Positions 62,959 to 64,000 of a stretch of 64,000 nucleotides of DNA are shown in pieces (the first letter of the stretch is position 1; the number at the start of each line of letters is the position of its first letter). Origin of the DNA: a virus; the IMG/VR virus record IMGVR_UViG_3300010413_000096, positions 5,279-69,278 of that record; one strand, 5' to 3'. The notes under the pieces were generated by a model. The model searched no databases. It had not been told where the DNA came from and saw only the letters and a program-made list of their open reading frames with translations. Position numbers and translations under genes: made by a program.

Positions 62959-64000
62959 AGTCGTTGAAGAAGAAAAATTCTACACCAAACTCGGTGTGTC
63001 CCTTGCTTCGCTGAAAAACGCTCGCAAAGCCATCGAGGCGAATCGTACGTCGGGCAACGTCATCTGTCTCGTCGGTGCGGCTGGCATCGGCAAGACCCAC
63101 CTCATCAGGCAGGTCGCGGATGACCGCGTGCCGTTTACCCCGTTCGAATGGCATGGTAAGGAGTGGACCAAATCGGTGCCCGTGAAGGCGCTGTACCTCG
63201 CCCACATGCAGGCCGAAGACATGGGCGTTCCGTATCCGTCGCGCGCCAAGCGCAACGAGCTGCTCAAGGAGTGCGACCTGTTCATGCGTATCGCGCAGAT
63301 GGCGCAGAACGGTATGGGAGACCGTGCGAAGGCACACGCCATGGAGCTAGCCGAGCACGTGTTGAACTCGGGCTCCGCACTCGAGGACGGGACGTTCGAG
63401 TTCTTGGTTGAGAAGAACCTCAAGGACTTGCCGCCTGAAGGCATCCTCTTCCTCGACGAGTGGAACCGTGCCGACAAGAGCGTCATCAAGGCGTTCTTTA
63501 CGTTGCTCGAAGACCGCGAAGTCCACGGGCATCAGCTCGTTCCGCCAGGAGTGCAAATCGTTGCAGCGATGAACCCCAGTGACGGGGCCTACTCCGTCAA
63601 CGAGGCGGAGAAGGACCACGCATTCCGACGCCGGCTGTCCTTCATCGCCGTGACCGCGAACACGGGTGCGTGGCTCGAGTACGCTGAGGGCAAGTTCCAG
63701 GCCATGCTCTACGACACGAAGCTGCGCGACGCGGGCAAAGCATTCCCGTGTCCTGCTACCTGGGAGAAGGTCAGCATCATTCTGCAAGACGCGGAGAAGT
63801 CTCAGCGCGACTTGCTCGATGACGGTGTCGCTCTCAGCATCTCGGGTCACATCGGTCAGGCCGTGGGGTCGCAGTTCATGGCCTACGTGAAGGACAACGA
63901 GGTGGTCATCAACCCTGAAGAGGTGCTCAACAAATACACGGACAAGAGCAAGGTGCGCCGCAAAGTGCTGCGCCTGGTGGAGCTGGCGAGAAACGACGTG
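62945..64000 (+). CDS. MoxR-like AAA+ ATPase, partial (runs off window; not in ORF track)
   Basis: translated by hand from ATG 62945: MSQNKVVEEEKF...LVGAAGIGKT (Walker A), ILFLDEWNRA (Walker B), VAAMNP, AFRRRL. Confidence 0.85.
   Translation, partial: MSQNKVVEEEKFYTKLGVSLASLKNARKAIEANRTSGNVICLVGAAGIGKTHLIRQVADDRVPFTPFEWHGKEWTKSVPVKALYLAHMQAEDMGVPYPSRAKRNELLKECDLFMRIAQMAQNGMGDRAKAHAMELAEHVLNSGSALEDGTFEFLVEKNLKDLPPEGILFLDEWNRADKSVIKAFFTLLEDREVHGHQLVPPGVQIVAAMNPSDGAYSVNEAEKDHAFRRRLSFIAVTANTGAWLEYAEGKFQAMLYDTKLRDAGKAFPCPATWEKVSIILQDAEKSQRDLLDDGVALSISGHIGQAVGSQFMAYVKDNEVVINPEEVLNKYTDKSKVRRKVLRLVELARNDV

Noticed and set aside
63670-63720. Possible short internal deletion in the AAA+ ATPase lid region (GKF|QAMLYD)
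   Set aside because: Impression from remembered family spacing only; the frame is intact and it cannot be verified without an alignment
1-64000. Alternative genetic code or stop-codon recoding
   Set aside because: Standard code gives full-length, tightly packed genes ending in TAA, TAG and TGA

Overview
This 64-kb window is part of a large, GC-rich tailed dsDNA bacteriophage genome; no host housekeeping genes, rRNA or convincing tRNA are visible. Bases 1-41151 are almost entirely a minus-strand virion morphogenesis region: neck and appendage proteins, a lysis-like cassette with a CheY-like receiver protein, major capsid protein, decoration, scaffold-like proteins, prohead protease, many putative internal head proteins, a LigD-phosphoesterase/DNA-ligase fusion, a two-part multisubunit RNA polymerase (beta fused to the catalytic N-terminal half of beta', plus a separate beta' C-terminal half) and portal. 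Bases 41201-59796 are a mostly plus-strand replication/recombination module: SNF2 helicase, two PD-(D/E)XK nucleases, amidase endolysin, dCTP deaminase, ParB, an antisense sigma70-family factor, SSB-like protein, primase-helicase and a UDG-fused family A DNA polymerase. A ~1.1-kb densely base-paired non-coding region follows, then the terminase large subunit and a truncated AAA+ ATPase. The most notable signals are: (1) the 59.8-60.9 kb candidate large structured RNA, with plus-strand-specific G-U pairs and five AWCCAAGTGAACTGCW repeats separating hairpins, directly behind a putative Sm-like protein; (2) a shared (F/A/Y)Y-x-x-G-x3-AL-x2-LG motif, often followed by K-x-A, on otherwise unrelated head-region proteins including the ligase, suggesting a capsid-import tag; (3) the unusually split RNA polymerase, a Zn-ribbon-inserted sigma factor and a recurring TTG-N3-17bp-TAnnnT promoter with RCC before the -10 box. 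All functional calls come from motif recognition by eye; no database searches or folding programs were run.
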